64,000 nucleotides of DNA from an uncultured Pelagibacteraceae bacterium (lineage in GTDB: Bacteria; Pseudomonadota; Alphaproteobacteria; Pelagibacterales; Pelagibacteraceae). Where the stretch lies: positions 1,683 to 65,682 of the forward strand of contig CACJUO010000004.1 of the NCBI GenBank assembly GCA_902596675.1, given 5' to 3'. The notes below the pieces were generated by a model. The model saw nothing but the letters and a program-made list of their open reading frames with translations, was not told where the DNA came from and searched no databases. Shown here in pieces: positions 38,174 to 49,914 of this stretch (the first letter of the stretch is position 1; every line of letters begins with the position of its first letter). Both the position numbers and the translations under genes were made by a program.

Positions 38174-39528
38174 TAATTTAAATCCTTCACACCGAGAAGT
38201 TTTAATTTTCTATGTAACGCAGATCTTTCCATGCCTATAAATTTTGCAGTCTTTGATATATTTCCACCAAATTTTTTTAATTGAGAAACTAAATATTGTT
38301 TTTCAAAACTTTCTCTAGCCTCTTTAAGTGGCACTGTGAGAGTATCTGTCACTGAAAATTCATCCCCAATTGACTTAGATAAAGACTCTTTAATAACATT
38401 CATTAATCTCTCATTATCATCTCCAGGTGATAATATAGCTATCCTTTCAATCAAATTTCTAAGTTCTCTTACGTTACCTGGCCAGTCATAGTTAAGTAAA
38501 TAATTGTTATCGATTATTTTAAATTTTTTAAAATTGTTACTTTCACAGATATTCTCAATGAAATAATCTATTAATATTGGAATGTCATCAATTCTTTTAT
38601 TTAATGGATCTATTTTAATATTAAATACATTTAATCTATGAAATAGGTCTTCCCTAAAATTTCCAAATTTTATTTCTTGTTGAACGTCTTTACTGTTTGT
38701 GCAAATAATTCTGACATCAACCTTTATATCGTGATTACTGTTAATTCTTTTAAATTTTTGATCAATGACAACTCTCAAAATTTTTGACTGAGTTTCTAGA
38801 GGTATTTCTGTAACCTCATCAATTAACAATACACCACCTGATGCTTTTTCAAGTGCTCCATAAAATATAGAGCCATCATTCTTTTCTTCTCCAAACAACT
38901 CGAGTTCATATTTTTTTGCATCTAGAAGTGCTCCATTAATTATTACAAATGGGCCATCTTTTCTTTTAGAATTTTTATGTATTTTTCTTGAAATTAATTC
39001 TTTGCCTGATCCAGTAGGTCCACTAATAAATATTCTACTTTCAGATTTTGATAGCTTATTTATCTGATCTTTGATTGAGACGATATTTGAGCTCTTACCC
39101 ACTAATTCAAATGTATGAAAAAGTTTTGTATTTAAAGTTTTATTTTCGCTTTTAAGATTATAATTTTCTACAGCTCTATTTACAAAATTTAAAAGCCTTT
39201 CTTTGTCAAAAGGTTTTTGAATAAACTCAAACGCACCAGATTTTAATGAATTTACAGCCATCTCGATATTGGCATGTCCAGATATCATTATTACAGGTAA
39301 ATCAGGATTTTTCTTTTTTATATGGTCTAGCAATAAAATACCATCATTGTCACCTTTATCTAGTTTCACATCAATGATTGAAACATCTGGAAGTTTTTTA
39401 TCAATTTCAGTTAGAGCTTGATTAAAGTTTGCTGCAAGTCTCGTCTTATATCCTGCATCTTTTATTAATTCATCGAGAATTAATCTTATATCTGGATTAT
39501 CGTCTATAATTAGAATTTCAGCTGGCAT
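38173..39528 (-). CDS. ntrX: Response regulator NtrX
   Basis: Receiver + AAA+ (GPTGSGKE, FREDLFHRL, WPGNVREL) + HTH (IGMERSALHRKLK); no GAFTGA. Confidence 0.92.
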   Translation of the reverse strand: MPAEILIIDDNPDIRLILDELIKDAGYKTRLAANFNQALTEIDKKLPDVSIIDVKLDKGDNDGILLLDHIKKKNPDLPVIMISGHANIEMAVNSLKSGAFEFIQKPFDKERLLNFVNRAVENYNLKSENKTLNTKLFHTFELVGKSSNIVSIKDQINKLSKSESRIFISGPTGSGKELISRKIHKNSKRKDGPFVIINGALLDAKKYELELFGEEKNDGSIFYGALEKASGGVLLIDEVTEIPLETQSKILRVVIDQKFKRINSNHDIKVDVRIICTNSKDVQQEIKFGNFREDLFHRLNVFNIKIDPLNKRIDDIPILIDYFIENICESNNFKKFKIIDNNYLLNYDWPGNVRELRNLIERIAILSPGDDNERLMNVIKESLSKSIGDEFSVTDTLTVPLKEARESFEKQYLVSQLKKFGGNISKTAKFIGMERSALHRKLKLLGVKDLN

Positions 39529-41305
39529 TATTTTTATATGGAATTATAATTTGAATTTTTGCACCGTTTTTATGATTTAAAAATTTAATTGAACCTTCAT
39601 GATCACTAATAATTTTATCTACAATTGATAGTCCTAATCCAGTTCCTTTTTCTTTAGTTGTAAAATAAGGTTTTATAATATCTTTAGTTTTTTTATTCTT
39701 AAATCCAGTTCCAGTATCAACGATATTTATGTTTATATAATCTCTTCTTTGTCTAATTTCTATATCTATATTTTTGACAGTTTTACTGTCTTTTTCTGCT
39801 TTTTCTTGAATACTTTCCACAGAATTTTTAATTAGGTTAAAAAATAATCTATTGAATTGCTCATTGTCGAAATTTAATACTACATCTTTTGATAGATGAT
39901 TAACTAACCTAATTTTAATAGAACCATCAAATTTATTGACTAAGCTTATATTTTCATTAATGACATTGTTTAGATTGTTTAGTTGAAATAATGGTTTTGG
40001 CATTCTAGCAAAATCAGAAAATTCATTTACCAGGTTTTCAATCTGTTTTATTTGCTTAAGTATAGTTTTAAGGTTATTTAAATATTTTTCCTGTCTTTCA
40101 TTTTCAATATTTGGCAAATATTTAGTTTTTAGATTATCAATAGTTAATTGTATTGGTGTTAAAGGGTTTTTAATCTCGTGAGCTAATTTTCTTGCAACAT
40201 TTTCCCATGCTTCATGCCTTTCATTTGTAAGTAATTTTTCTTGTTGATTTTTCAACCTATCTATCATTGAATTAAAATTTTTATTAAGTCTTTCCATTTC
40301 AATATCAGCTTTTAAATCAGGAACTTTAGTATCAAGATTTCCTTTTCCTATACTTTCCGAGGCAGTTATTAAATTATTAATTGATATGAAAAAACGAGAC
40401 GAGAATCTAATAGCAATTGTAATTGATAAGAATAACAATAGTGTAACTAATGTTACATAAATTATAGCAAAAGATATTCTTATTCCTAGATTCTGATTTT
40501 CAACTGTATAGTAAAAATTAACTGCTTCTTCAGATTCAATTAAATAATTAGAAATATTTTTATCAAAATATTTTAACACATATAAAAAAGTATTTTCAAA
40601 ATTTGATAATCTTATTACTGCTGCAGATTTATTTTCAAAAGTATTTATGATTTTTAGAGGTCTATCATCATTTTTAACCATTTTCATCGCTCTATCCTCA
40701 ATTTTTTTATATTTTGTTTCTGCTGCAGATAAAATTAAATTTCCCTCTCCATTTATAAGGTGCAGTTGATCTATATCTCTTAAATATCTTTGAGTATTAA
40801 TTATTAGTTGAAACCTTTCAGGATTTGTTTCATATAAATTTGAATATTTATTTAAATCAAAAGCAATTAAAACAATCTCAGATTCAATTTTATTTCTTTT
40901 CTCATCAACATAATTTTTTGCAATTTCATAAGAATTATTTACTGCTGAAGTAATTTTTTCATTAAAATATTTGTCCAATGCAAATGAGAATATGAAAAGT
41001 GAAAATACCGCTATTAACAATGACGGTATTAATGTAAAAAGTGCAAAAGAAATAATATACTTTCTATTCGCAATTGACCCTCTTACATTAATATTATTTT
41101 TTATTGAATTTTTGATATCAATAAATATTAATACAAAAAAAATTAACACTAAAATAATGTTAGTAATAAGAAGAATTTCTAGATTATCTTCATTAAGTTT
41201 AATAAAACTTTTGTCAATAAAAGTTAAAAATGTAATAAAAGCTAATGAAATAGTTAGTATAAATATAACTATGATAAACAAATTTCTTTTTAACAATGAA
41301 AACAT
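39518..41305 (-). CDS. ntrY: Sensor histidine kinase NtrY
   Basis: TM/periplasmic/HAMP, AWENVARKLAHEIKNPLTPIQL, PYFTTKEKGTGLGL. Confidence 0.92.
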   Translation of the reverse strand: MFSLLKRNLFIIVIFILTISLAFITFLTFIDKSFIKLNEDNLEILLITNIILVLIFFVLIFIDIKNSIKNNINVRGSIANRKYIISFALFTLIPSLLIAVFSLFIFSFALDKYFNEKITSAVNNSYEIAKNYVDEKRNKIESEIVLIAFDLNKYSNLYETNPERFQLIINTQRYLRDIDQLHLINGEGNLILSAAETKYKKIEDRAMKMVKNDDRPLKIINTFENKSAAVIRLSNFENTFLYVLKYFDKNISNYLIESEEAVNFYYTVENQNLGIRISFAIIYVTLVTLLLFLSITIAIRFSSRFFISINNLITASESIGKGNLDTKVPDLKADIEMERLNKNFNSMIDRLKNQQEKLLTNERHEAWENVARKLAHEIKNPLTPIQLTIDNLKTKYLPNIENERQEKYLNNLKTILKQIKQIENLVNEFSDFARMPKPLFQLNNLNNVINENISLVNKFDGSIKIRLVNHLSKDVVLNFDNEQFNRLFFNLIKNSVESIQEKAEKDSKTVKNIDIEIRQRRDYININIVDTGTGFKNKKTKDIIKPYFTTKEKGTGLGLSIVDKIISDHEGSIKFLNHKNGAKIQIIIPYKNNAS

Positions 41306-41342
41306 AATTTAAAAATATCTTACAAAAAATTTAATAATAATC

Positions 41343-42449
41343 ATGAGTAATTGTTTTATACTACTAGCTGCAGGTAAAGGTAAGAGATTTAAGTCAAATA
41401 ATCCTAAACAATTTGTAAAATATTTAAATAAACCCTTATTTATGCACTCAGTTGATAAAGCACTCAAATCAAAAATATTTAAATCAATAATAATTGTATC
41501 AAATGTTCCGTTAAAGAACATCAAAGATAAATCAATAAAAGTCATTAAAGGTGGCAAGGAAAGATATCAATCATCGCAAAAAGCATTAAATTTTATAAAA
41601 AATAAGAAATTCACAAATGTATTTATTCATGATGCGGCACGACCAAATTTTTCAATTAAGTTATTAAAAAAACTAAACTCAAACCTTAAAAAAAACAAAG
41701 CAGTAGTGCCTTATGTTAAAACAGATAACTCAACAAAATATAGAATTGAAAATAAAATTCAGAATTTGAATAGAAAAAATTTGCTATTCACCCAGACTCC
41801 GCAATGTTTTAATTTTAAAAGTTTGTTTAATCTATCAAAATTAAATAATACAAAAATTACTGATGAGGCAACATTATTTTTAGATAATAAAAAAAAAATT
41901 AAATTTATAAAAGGCGAAGAAAATAATTTCAAAATCACAACAAGGTCTGATTTAGAAAAACTTAATATTCAAAATTTTTATGGGATTGGTTTTGATATAC
42001 ATAGATTAATTAAAAACAAAAAATTATATCTGGGAGGAATAAAAATTCCATTCCATTCTGGCCTACAAGGTCATTCAGATGGAGATGTAATTATCCATGC
42101 TATCATAGACGGACTACTGGGTGCTATGAGAAAAAAAGATATTGGAACTCTTTATCCAAGCAACAAAAGAAGATTTAAAAATATAAGATCACCCAATATG
42201 TTATCTCCTATTCTGAAAAACTTGCATAAAGAAGGATATTTTATAAATAATGTAGACATAAATTTAATTTGTGAAAAACCCAAAGTCTCAAAATATAGAG
42301 AAAAAATTATCACTTCATTGTCCAATTTGCTCAGTATAAATAAAGATCAAATTAATTTAAAAGGTAAAACAGTTGAAAAGTTGGGTTTGATTGGAAAAGA
42401 AGAGGCAATCGCATGTGAAGTGATTGTATCTTTAAATTATAATGCTTAA
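41343..42449 (+). CDS. ispDF: Bifunctional IspD/IspF (MEP pathway)
   Basis: LAAGKGKRF..PKQF, IHDAARP, QTPQ, then GFDIHRL, GHSDGDVIIHA. Confidence 0.93.
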   Translation: MSNCFILLAAGKGKRFKSNNPKQFVKYLNKPLFMHSVDKALKSKIFKSIIIVSNVPLKNIKDKSIKVIKGGKERYQSSQKALNFIKNKKFTNVFIHDAARPNFSIKLLKKLNSNLKKNKAVVPYVKTDNSTKYRIENKIQNLNRKNLLFTQTPQCFNFKSLFNLSKLNNTKITDEATLFLDNKKKIKFIKGEENNFKITTRSDLEKLNIQNFYGIGFDIHRLIKNKKLYLGGIKIPFHSGLQGHSDGDVIIHAIIDGLLGAMRKKDIGTLYPSNKRRFKNIRSPNMLSPILKNLHKEGYFINNVDINLICEKPKVSKYREKIITSLSNLLSINKDQINLKGKTVEKLGLIGKEEAIACEVIVSLNYNA

Positions 42450-42936
42450 AAAAATAAATTTTCTATTTGTTACAATGTTTGGAATTGGAAAATTACCAAA
42501 AATACCCGGTAGTTATGCTTCTTTGGTTACTGTTATTTTCTTATATATAATATTTCAAATTTTTTCAGTACCAGCGGATGCTTTTTTATTTTTATTAGTA
42601 GGTATTTTTATAATTTCACTTTTTTCAGTAAACTTATTCATTAAAGATTTAACCAATAAAGATCCAAAAGAGGTTGTTATTGATGAGTTTATTGGTCAAT
42701 CAATACCAATTTGCCTTTATGAAATTGCCCATAAAGAACCAACGGATCCAGCAAGGGTGCTAACCTTTTATTTTATAATGTTTATTCTTTTTAGAATTTT
42801 TGATATCGCAAAACCCTACCCTGTAAGTTATTACGATAAAAACTTTAAGAATAGCTTTGGTGTTATAATGGATGATGTTTGTGCTGGATTATATGTAGTA
42901 GCAATTCTTGTCTTTTATATGATTATAACCTCATGA
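42442..42936 (+). CDS. pgpA: Phosphatidylglycerophosphatase A
   Basis: PGSYAS, DPKEVVIDE, FRIFDIAKPYP, GVIMDD. Confidence 0.92.
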   Translation: MLKKINFLFVTMFGIGKLPKIPGSYASLVTVIFLYIIFQIFSVPADAFLFLLVGIFIISLFSVNLFIKDLTNKDPKEVVIDEFIGQSIPICLYEIAHKEPTDPARVLTFYFIMFILFRIFDIAKPYPVSYYDKNFKNSFGVIMDDVCAGLYVVAILVFYMIITS

Positions 42937-43403
42937 GTAATTTATCCTTAAAAATTGTAAAGTTACTAACTAAAAAGAAACTAACAGTATCATTTGCAGA
43001 GTCTTGCACCGGTGGACTTTTAGCAAGTTCAATTACATCTATTAGCGGGTCATCTAAAATATTTAATATGGGACTAGTAACTTATTCTAATAATGCAAAA
43101 GTAAAATTGCTTCAAGTTCCAAAAAAAACTATTACAAAGTATGGAGCAGTTAGTTATGAAACCTGTTTATCAATGGTAAAAAATTTAAGTAAAATAAGTA
43201 AAGCAAACATATCAATATCCATCACTGGTGTTGCGGGACCGAATGGTGGTACAAAAGCAAAACCAGTTGGACTAGTTTATATAGGTCTTAAAAAAGGAAG
43301 TAAAATAATAGTAAAGAAAAACTTATTTAAAAGTAAGAAAAGAATTTCAATTCAAAAAGCTACTGTGAAGCAAGCACTTAAAATGATTTTAAATATATTA
43401 TAG
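42933..43403 (+). CDS. cinA: CinA C-terminal / PncC NMN deamidase
   Basis: AESCTGG, VTYSN.AK, GAVS, ITGVAGP, KPVGLV; ATGA overlap with pgpA gives start 42933. Confidence 0.9.
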   Translation: MSNLSLKIVKLLTKKKLTVSFAESCTGGLLASSITSISGSSKIFNMGLVTYSNNAKVKLLQVPKKTITKYGAVSYETCLSMVKNLSKISKANISISITGVAGPNGGTKAKPVGLVYIGLKKGSKIIVKKNLFKSKKRISIQKATVKQALKMILNIL

Positions 43404-43835
43404 ACTTTCAGCTCTTTTCTGAAATGCATCAGCTATTTTTTCAAGACCAAATTGAAATGACTTGGTCATTAAAATATTCAAAAATTTATTTTTAATTTCA
43501 AAATCAACATCAAAAGTCACTTCTGTTTGATTTCCCTGCTCCTGAAATTTCCAATTATTTTCTAAATAATTTAAAGGACCGTCAATATTTGTCACAAAAA
43601 TTGTATCATCTTTTTTATTGAATTTAACATCGCTTTTATAGGTATCTACAAAAGGTCCTTTTCCTATTGTTAAATCGGCAACTATAAGTGTTAAATCTCC
43701 ATCTTGTATTTTTTCATAAACTTTTGAACCCTGGCAGAATGGAACAAATTCAGGGTATTTTTCAATATCTAAAACAAATTCTATAAGTTTGTCTTTTCTG
43801 TTATCAATTAATCTCTTAACTGACGCTTTTGGCAT
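43398..43835 (-). CDS. START-domain RatA/PasT/Coq10 family protein
   Basis: VLDIEKYPEFVPFC, GPLNYLENNWKF, AFQKRA. Confidence 0.9.
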   Translation of the reverse strand: MPKASVKRLIDNRKDKLIEFVLDIEKYPEFVPFCQGSKVYEKIQDGDLTLIVADLTIGKGPFVDTYKSDVKFNKKDDTIFVTNIDGPLNYLENNWKFQEQGNQTEVTFDVDFEIKNKFLNILMTKSFQFGLEKIADAFQKRAESL

Positions 43836-44767
43836 TAATGAATATTTTTTCTATTATTTTTAAGTTTATTAAAATCTTCGTCAGCATGATAAGAAGATCT
43901 TGTTAAAGGTGATGAAGATACTAATAAAAATCCCTTAGATTTTGCTATTTTTCCTAGCTCTTTAAATTCATCAGGATGGTAATACCTATTTAATGGAAAG
44001 TGTTTGGCTGAAGGTTGAAGATATTGACCTATAGTTAAGAAATCAACTTCTGCAGATCTTAGATCATCCATAACTTGAATTATTTCATCTTTTGTTTCTC
44101 CAAATCCAACCATAATTCCTGATTTTGTAAAAACATTTTTATTGAATTTTTTTGAATTTTTTAAAAGTTCTAATGATCCAAAATATCTTGCCCCTGGTCT
44201 AACTTTTAAATAAAGACTTGGAACAGTTTCAATATTGTGATTAAAAACATCAGGGTTTGCTTCCAATACTCTTTTATAAGCTTCTCCTTTTCTTAAAAAA
44301 TCAGGTGTTAAAACTTCAATTGTAGTATTTGGATTTTTTTTCCTTGTTGCAATAATAACATCATGAAAATGGTTTGATCCACCATCCGAAAGGTCGTCTC
44401 TATCAACAGATGTAATTACAACATGTCTTAAACTTAATTTGTTAACTGCATTTGCTATTTTAATTGGCTCATATTGATCCAATTTTTCTGGTTTTCCTGT
44501 TTTAACATCACAAAATGCACATGCTCTCGTGCATGTGTCGCCCATTATCATAAGTGTTGCGTGCCTTTTGCTCCAGCATTCAGTAATATTAGGGCAGTTT
44601 GCTTCCTGGCAAACTGTTACAAGATTATCTTTATTAACAACTGTTTTAGTTAAAAAAAACTCCTTACTATTTAGTAGCTTAGATCTAATCCACTCAGGTT
44701 TCTTTTTGATAGGATTAATCGGTTTATTAACTTTTTCAGGATGTCTTGGTCTATTTTTGATTTTCAT
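43835..44767 (-). CDS. lipA: Lipoyl synthase
   Basis: [26 protein letters not shown]. Confidence 0.97.
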   Translation of the reverse strand: MKIKNRPRHPEKVNKPINPIKKKPEWIRSKLLNSKEFFLTKTVVNKDNLVTVCQEANCPNITECWSKRHATLMIMGDTCTRACAFCDVKTGKPEKLDQYEPIKIANAVNKLSLRHVVITSVDRDDLSDGGSNHFHDVIIATRKKNPNTTIEVLTPDFLRKGEAYKRVLEANPDVFNHNIETVPSLYLKVRPGARYFGSLELLKNSKKFNKNVFTKSGIMVGFGETKDEIIQVMDDLRSAEVDFLTIGQYLQPSAKHFPLNRYYHPDEFKELGKIAKSKGFLLVSSSPLTRSSYHADEDFNKLKNNRKNIH

Positions 44768-45059
44768 TGTTTTTGATTATATAGGTAGTCTCGCCTTCTT
44801 TTCCAAATAAAAACTTTTCTCTTATTAATATTTCTATGAAATCTAGATCTATATTTTCTGTCAAAAGTGAATTTTTGTGGTCTAAATCTTCTATTTTGTT
44901 ATTTAGATTAATTTGATCATTTTTTAGTTGTTCATACACATCTTTCTTTTCCATATAAGAAATTAGGCCTCTTTCCCCATCTAATAAATTAAAGGCGAAA
45001 TAGATAAATAGAAAAGTAATAATTAGAACAAAATAGTTATTTTTTAATTTTTCAAACAT
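44751..45059 (-). CDS. ftsB: Septum formation initiator FtsB/DivIC
   Basis: TM + GERGL + coiled coil + DLDFIE..IRE; follows eno. Confidence 0.82.
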   Translation of the reverse strand: MFEKLKNNYFVLIITFLFIYFAFNLLDGERGLISYMEKKDVYEQLKNDQINLNNKIEDLDHKNSLLTENIDLDFIEILIREKFLFGKEGETTYIIKNNENQK

Positions 45060-46318
45060 TAATTAATTTTATTCATTTTAGCTGATCTACCAAGATCTTC
45101 TTCAATACGAATTAGTTGGTTATATTTTGCAATTCTCTCTGATCTTGCTAGGGATCCAGTTTTGATTTGATTTGAATTAGTGCCTACTGCTAAATCAGCA
45201 ATAAATGTGTCTTCAGTATCACCAGATCTATGGGAGATGATGGTTTTAAAACCAATAAGTTGGGCAAATTTTATTACTTCTAACGTTTCGGTTACAGTTC
45301 CTATTTGGTTCAACTTTATTAAAATACTATTTGCAGATAAGTTTAGAAAGCCTATTTTTAATCTTTCAAGATTTGTTACAAAAAGATCATCACCTATTAT
45401 TTGTATTTTATTTTTTGTTCCATTTACAAATTTAGACCATGCCTTCCAATCATCTTCACCAAATGGATCCTCAATTGATTTAATTTGATATTTTTTAATT
45501 AATTGCAAGTATTTTTTTATTGATTGGTCAACACTTATATAATTTTTAGAATGAATTGAATAATTGCCTTTTTTAATTAATTCATTTGCTGCAACATCTA
45601 AACAAATAGATATATCTTTACCATTTTTAAAACCAGATTTTTTGATCGCTTGAACTATTAGCTTTAAAGCACTCTCATTATCGTTTATCATTGGTGCAAA
45701 GCCTCCTTCATCACCTACATTAATAGAGTGACCAGCTTTTTTTAATAATACTTTTAAATTATTTATTACTAAAAAACACATTCTAACTGCTTCGTTAAAT
45801 GATTTTGCTTTATCAGGTCTAATCATAAACTCTTGTATTCTAAGGCCGTTATCAGCATGCGCACCCCCATTAATAATATTCATTAAAGGAAGAGGGAGTT
45901 TAAAATTTTTTTTAACAATAAAATTTTTATATAAAGGTATTTTTTTAACTTTTGCTGATAATTTTTTTGCGGCCATGGATACAGCTAATATTGTATTCGC
46001 ACCTAACTTTGTTTTTTGTTTTGTGCCATCTAATTTTATAAGAATACTATCTATTTTCTCTTGATCATGGATGTTTTGATTTTTTAATTTTTTAGAAATT
46101 AAATTATTTACAGTTGCGACTGGTATTAAAACACTTTTTCCTAAATGTTTTTTATTACCTTTGTCTCTTTTTTCATAAGCCTCAAAAGTTCCAGTTGATG
46201 CACCAGAGGGACAAATTGCAGAAGCACTTAAATTATTAACGAATATTTCAGCCTCAATGGTGGGATTTCCTCTACTATCATATACTTGTCTAGCAACGAC
46301 TCTTTTGATTTTGCTCAT
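45059..46318 (-). CDS. eno: Enolase
   Basis: DSRGNPT, PSGASTG, GDEGGF, IEDP, GDDL, SHRSG, QIKTGS. Confidence 0.96.
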   Translation of the reverse strand: MSKIKRVVARQVYDSRGNPTIEAEIFVNNLSASAICPSGASTGTFEAYEKRDKGNKKHLGKSVLIPVATVNNLISKKLKNQNIHDQEKIDSILIKLDGTKQKTKLGANTILAVSMAAKKLSAKVKKIPLYKNFIVKKNFKLPLPLMNIINGGAHADNGLRIQEFMIRPDKAKSFNEAVRMCFLVINNLKVLLKKAGHSINVGDEGGFAPMINDNESALKLIVQAIKKSGFKNGKDISICLDVAANELIKKGNYSIHSKNYISVDQSIKKYLQLIKKYQIKSIEDPFGEDDWKAWSKFVNGTKNKIQIIGDDLFVTNLERLKIGFLNLSANSILIKLNQIGTVTETLEVIKFAQLIGFKTIISHRSGDTEDTFIADLAVGTNSNQIKTGSLARSERIAKYNQLIRIEEDLGRSAKMNKIN

Positions 46319-46321
46319 TAA

Positions 46322-47146
46322 TTACTTTTTAACTAAATTATCAATTTCTACAATTTGATTAATTAGCTCGTCTAATTTGTCTAAAGGGACCATGTTTGGA
46401 CCATCTGATGGAGCATTATCAGGGTCCTGATGTGTTTCCAAAAAAATAGCTGCAACGCCTACAGCAACTGCTGCTCTCGACAAATACTCAACAAATTCTC
46501 TTTGACCACCACTTTTTTCACCTAGACCACCAGGTTGTTGCACTGAATGAGTTCCATCAAAGACTACTGGATAACCATTTTTTGCCATGATAGGAATAGA
46601 TCTCATATCTGAGACCAATGTATTATAACCAAAGCTAGCTCCTCTTTCAGTTACTAAAATATTTTCGTTACCACTATCAGAAATTTTTTTGGTTACATTA
46701 ACCATATCCCATGGTGCTAGGAATTGACCCTTTTTCACATTAATGATTTTATTAGTTTTAGCAGCAGCAATTAACAAATCTGTTTGTCTACAAAGAAATG
46801 CCGGTATTTGTAGAACGTCTACGTGATGAGAAACTAAGGAACATTGTTCTTCATTATGTATATCAGTAAGAACAGGTACGTTAATATCTTTTTTGATTTT
46901 ATCAAATACAGGTAGGGAGTTTTCTAGACCAGCTCCTCTTTTGCCTTTCAAACTTGTTCTATTTGCTTTGTCAAATGAAGTTTTATAAATGAAACCAATA
47001 TTATATTTATCTGTAATCTCTTTAATTTTTCCTGCCATATCTAAAGCATGCTGCTCTGTCTCGAGTTGACAAGGTCCAGATATTAAACAAATTTTATTTT
47101 TGTTTGAAATTTCTATACCGTTACAATTTATTACTTTATTTTCCAT
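46322..47146 (-). CDS. kdsA: KDO-8-phosphate synthase
   Basis: [38 protein letters not shown]. Confidence 0.97.
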   Translation of the reverse strand: MENKVINCNGIEISNKNKICLISGPCQLETEQHALDMAGKIKEITDKYNIGFIYKTSFDKANRTSLKGKRGAGLENSLPVFDKIKKDINVPVLTDIHNEEQCSLVSHHVDVLQIPAFLCRQTDLLIAAAKTNKIINVKKGQFLAPWDMVNVTKKISDSGNENILVTERGASFGYNTLVSDMRSIPIMAKNGYPVVFDGTHSVQQPGGLGEKSGGQREFVEYLSRAAVAVGVAAIFLETHQDPDNAPSDGPNMVPLDKLDELINQIVEIDNLVKK

Positions 47147-48758
47147 TAAAAGATTTTGCAGCTTTAATAAATGATGAGAATAAAGGGTGAGGATTTAAAG
47201 GTCTAGATTTAAATTCTGGATGAAATTGAACTCCAATAAACCATGGATGATTTTTAAGTTCGATGATTTCAGGTAATTGATTGTCGGGAGAAATTGCTGA
47301 AAACATCAAACCTTTTTTTTCAAATTTTTGCATTAAATTTATATTGACCTCATATCTATGTCTGTGTCTCTCTTTAATCATGTTGGATTTATAGATTTTT
47401 TTTATGGCAGAATTATTTCTTAGTTTTGCCTCAAATAAACCTAATCTCATTGTTCCTCCAAGGTTTTTATCAGTTCCTTTTATTATTTTTCCATCTTTGT
47501 TCCATTCATCAATTAATCCTATTACTGGAAAGCAATTTTTATCTAATTCACTAGAGCCGGCTTTTTTAATTTTTAAAATATTTCTTGCAAACTCAATCAT
47601 TGCCATTTGCATTCCAAAGCATATACCTAGAAAAGGTATTTTTCTCTCTCTAGCATATCTAATTGCTTCAATTTTTCCCTCTGTTCCTCTTTTACCAAAC
47701 CCTCCAGGAATCAATATTCCCGATACATTCTTTAATTTTGGTTTAATTTCTTTTGATCTAAGTTTATCTGACTCAATTCTTATTAAGTTTACTTTAACTT
47801 TATTTGCAATTCCCCCATGCGTAAGAGCCTCATCAAGTGATTTATAAGCATCTTTTAAGTTTACATATTTGCCTATAATAGCAATATTCACTGTTCTTTT
47901 GGTTTTTAAAACTATATTTGTAATTTTTTTCCATGGTAGCAAGTTTGGTCTTTTTTTAGATTTTATCTTAAAGAATTTTAAAACTTGCTTATCTAATTTT
48001 TGATTAAAAAAACTTATTGGGGCTTCATAAATGGTTTTTACATCAACTGTTTCTATAACATTAGCAATGTCCACATTACAAAATAATGATATTTTTCTTC
48101 TTTGATCTAAAGGAATAGACTGTTGAGACCTACAGATAACTATATCAGGTTGAATTCCTATACTTCTTAATTCTTTAACAGAATGTTGAGTTGGCTTTGT
48201 TTTAATTTCATCTGAAGATTTTAAAAATGGAACAAATGTTAAATGAATAAATAATGATTTTGATCTGCCATTATCATTTGAAAATTGTCGTATAGCTTCT
48301 AAAAATGGTAAACTCTCAATATCACCAACTGTTCCTCCAATTTCACAAATTACAAAATCTTCATTTGTTATATCTTTTTTTATAAACTCTTTAATTCTAT
48401 CTGTAACATGCGGGATTACTTGAACTGTTTTCCCGAGATAACCTCCTCTTCTCTCTTTTTTTATGATATCACTATAAATTCTACCTGTAGTAATGTTGTC
48501 AGATTGTTTGGCTGAAATATTTGTAAATCTCTCGTAATGTCCTAAATCTAAATCTGTCTCAGCCCCATCGTCAGTTACAAAAACTTCACCATGCTGAAAA
48601 GGACTCATTGTTCCTGGATCTACATTTAAATATGGATCCATTTTTCTTATTCTCACCTTATAGCCTTGTGATCTAAGCAAATATCCGAGCGATGCTGATG
48701 ACAAACCTTTACCAAGTGATGAAACCACGCCGCCAGTGACAAATATATATCGCGCCAT
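47136..48758 (-). CDS. pyrG: CTP synthase
   Basis: [40 protein letters not shown]. Confidence 0.98.
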   Translation of the reverse strand: MARYIFVTGGVVSSLGKGLSSASLGYLLRSQGYKVRIRKMDPYLNVDPGTMSPFQHGEVFVTDDGAETDLDLGHYERFTNISAKQSDNITTGRIYSDIIKKERRGGYLGKTVQVIPHVTDRIKEFIKKDITNEDFVICEIGGTVGDIESLPFLEAIRQFSNDNGRSKSLFIHLTFVPFLKSSDEIKTKPTQHSVKELRSIGIQPDIVICRSQQSIPLDQRRKISLFCNVDIANVIETVDVKTIYEAPISFFNQKLDKQVLKFFKIKSKKRPNLLPWKKITNIVLKTKRTVNIAIIGKYVNLKDAYKSLDEALTHGGIANKVKVNLIRIESDKLRSKEIKPKLKNVSGILIPGGFGKRGTEGKIEAIRYARERKIPFLGICFGMQMAMIEFARNILKIKKAGSSELDKNCFPVIGLIDEWNKDGKIIKGTDKNLGGTMRLGLFEAKLRNNSAIKKIYKSNMIKERHRHRYEVNINLMQKFEKKGLMFSAISPDNQLPEIIELKNHPWFIGVQFHPEFKSRPLNPHPLFSSFIKAAKSFNGK

Positions 48759-48798
48759 GGAATTATGTTATAGCCAATGATTTATAAAAATAAAAGTA

Positions 48799-49101
48799 TT
48801 AATTATTATTTTCTGGTAATTTAGGAGCATCATCTGCATTTTCTTCTATTTTATCAATTACAGAAGTGTTTGAAGGAAGATCTCCTCGTGAAATAATAGT
48901 TAATCCAAGACTACAAATTATGAATAATGTTGCAACTATCGCCGTTGCTTTAGTCATGAAGTTCCCTGCAGACCTTGAAAACATAAAGTTATCTTGAGAT
49001 ACTCCGATACCCAAGGCTCCACCTTCAGATTTTTGAAACAAAACAAGTAAAACTAAAATAGCTGCAAGTAATATATTTATAATTAATAGTATGTTTTCCA
49101 C
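48799..49101 (-). CDS. secG: Preprotein translocase subunit SecG
   Basis: VLFQKSEGGALG, NFMTKAT; between tpiA and pyrG. Confidence 0.92.
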   Translation of the reverse strand: MENILLIINILLAAILVLLVLFQKSEGGALGIGVSQDNFMFSRSAGNFMTKATAIVATLFIICSLGLTIISRGDLPSNTSVIDKIEENADDAPKLPENNN

Positions 49102-49106
49102 GGTGC

Positions 49107-49853
49107 CTAATTAATTGATTTTTTCATTATATCAATAAATATTTTTTCATTTGTTGATGCTCCACCAATCAAAAAACCATTAATATTATTGATTCTCATT
49201 AAATTTTTTATATTTTTCGGATTAACAGAGCCACCGTATAAAATTTTAGATTTAGTATTATTTTTTGAAATCTTCAAAGTATCTTTAATAAATTTTATAT
49301 TTTTTGTTAAGTCATTTTGAGTAGGTATAATACCTGAACCAATAGACCAAACAGGCTCATAAGCAATTATAATATTATTTAAATTATTTATATTTTTTAA
49401 ACCTTCAAGTAATTGTTTTTTTAAAACAGATTTTGTTTTATTATTTTTTTTTTCGATCAATTTTTCACCAATACAAAATATGACATTTAATTTTTCACTT
49501 AGTGCTGCTTGAATTTTTAAATTAATTTTTTTATTATTATTTATTGTCCTTGTTTCTGAGTGTCCAATTATTACAAATTCACATCCTAAATCTTTTATCA
49601 TCTTTGAACTGACAGCTCCTGTGAAAGGTCCATATTTTGAATGAGAATGACAATCTTGGGCACCTATTTTAATATTTGAATTCTTAGTTTTATCTAAAAA
49701 GGATTTAATCAATGTATAAGGTGGGCAATAGATAATATTGAGTTTACGTTTCTTTATTTTTGAATAACTTATGACTTTTTTTAATGAATTAACTGACTTG
49801 ATCGACCCAAACATCTTCCAGTTAGCAACGAAATACATATTATTATTTGTCAT
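49107..49853 (-). CDS. tpiA: Triosephosphate isomerase
   Basis: ANWKM, IIGHSE, AYEPVWSIG, YGGSV, LIGGAS. Confidence 0.95.
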   Translation of the reverse strand: MTNNNMYFVANWKMFGSIKSVNSLKKVISYSKIKKRKLNIIYCPPYTLIKSFLDKTKNSNIKIGAQDCHSHSKYGPFTGAVSSKMIKDLGCEFVIIGHSETRTINNNKKINLKIQAALSEKLNVIFCIGEKLIEKKNNKTKSVLKKQLLEGLKNINNLNNIIIAYEPVWSIGSGIIPTQNDLTKNIKFIKDTLKISKNNTKSKILYGGSVNPKNIKNLMRINNINGFLIGGASTNEKIFIDIMKKSIN

Positions 49854-49914
49854 ACTGATTAATATAATTTATATGTTTATTTTTTTTTAGATCAATAAAT
49901 AAAGACTATAAAAT

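Noticed and set aside
38173-39528. Missing GAFTGA loop in the AAA+ regulator
   Set aside because: Normal for NtrX, not a pseudogene or novelty
43398-43835. RatA as toxin-antitoxin toxin
   Set aside because: No partner gene; family functions as Coq10-like quinone-binding protein and sits in its usual lipA context
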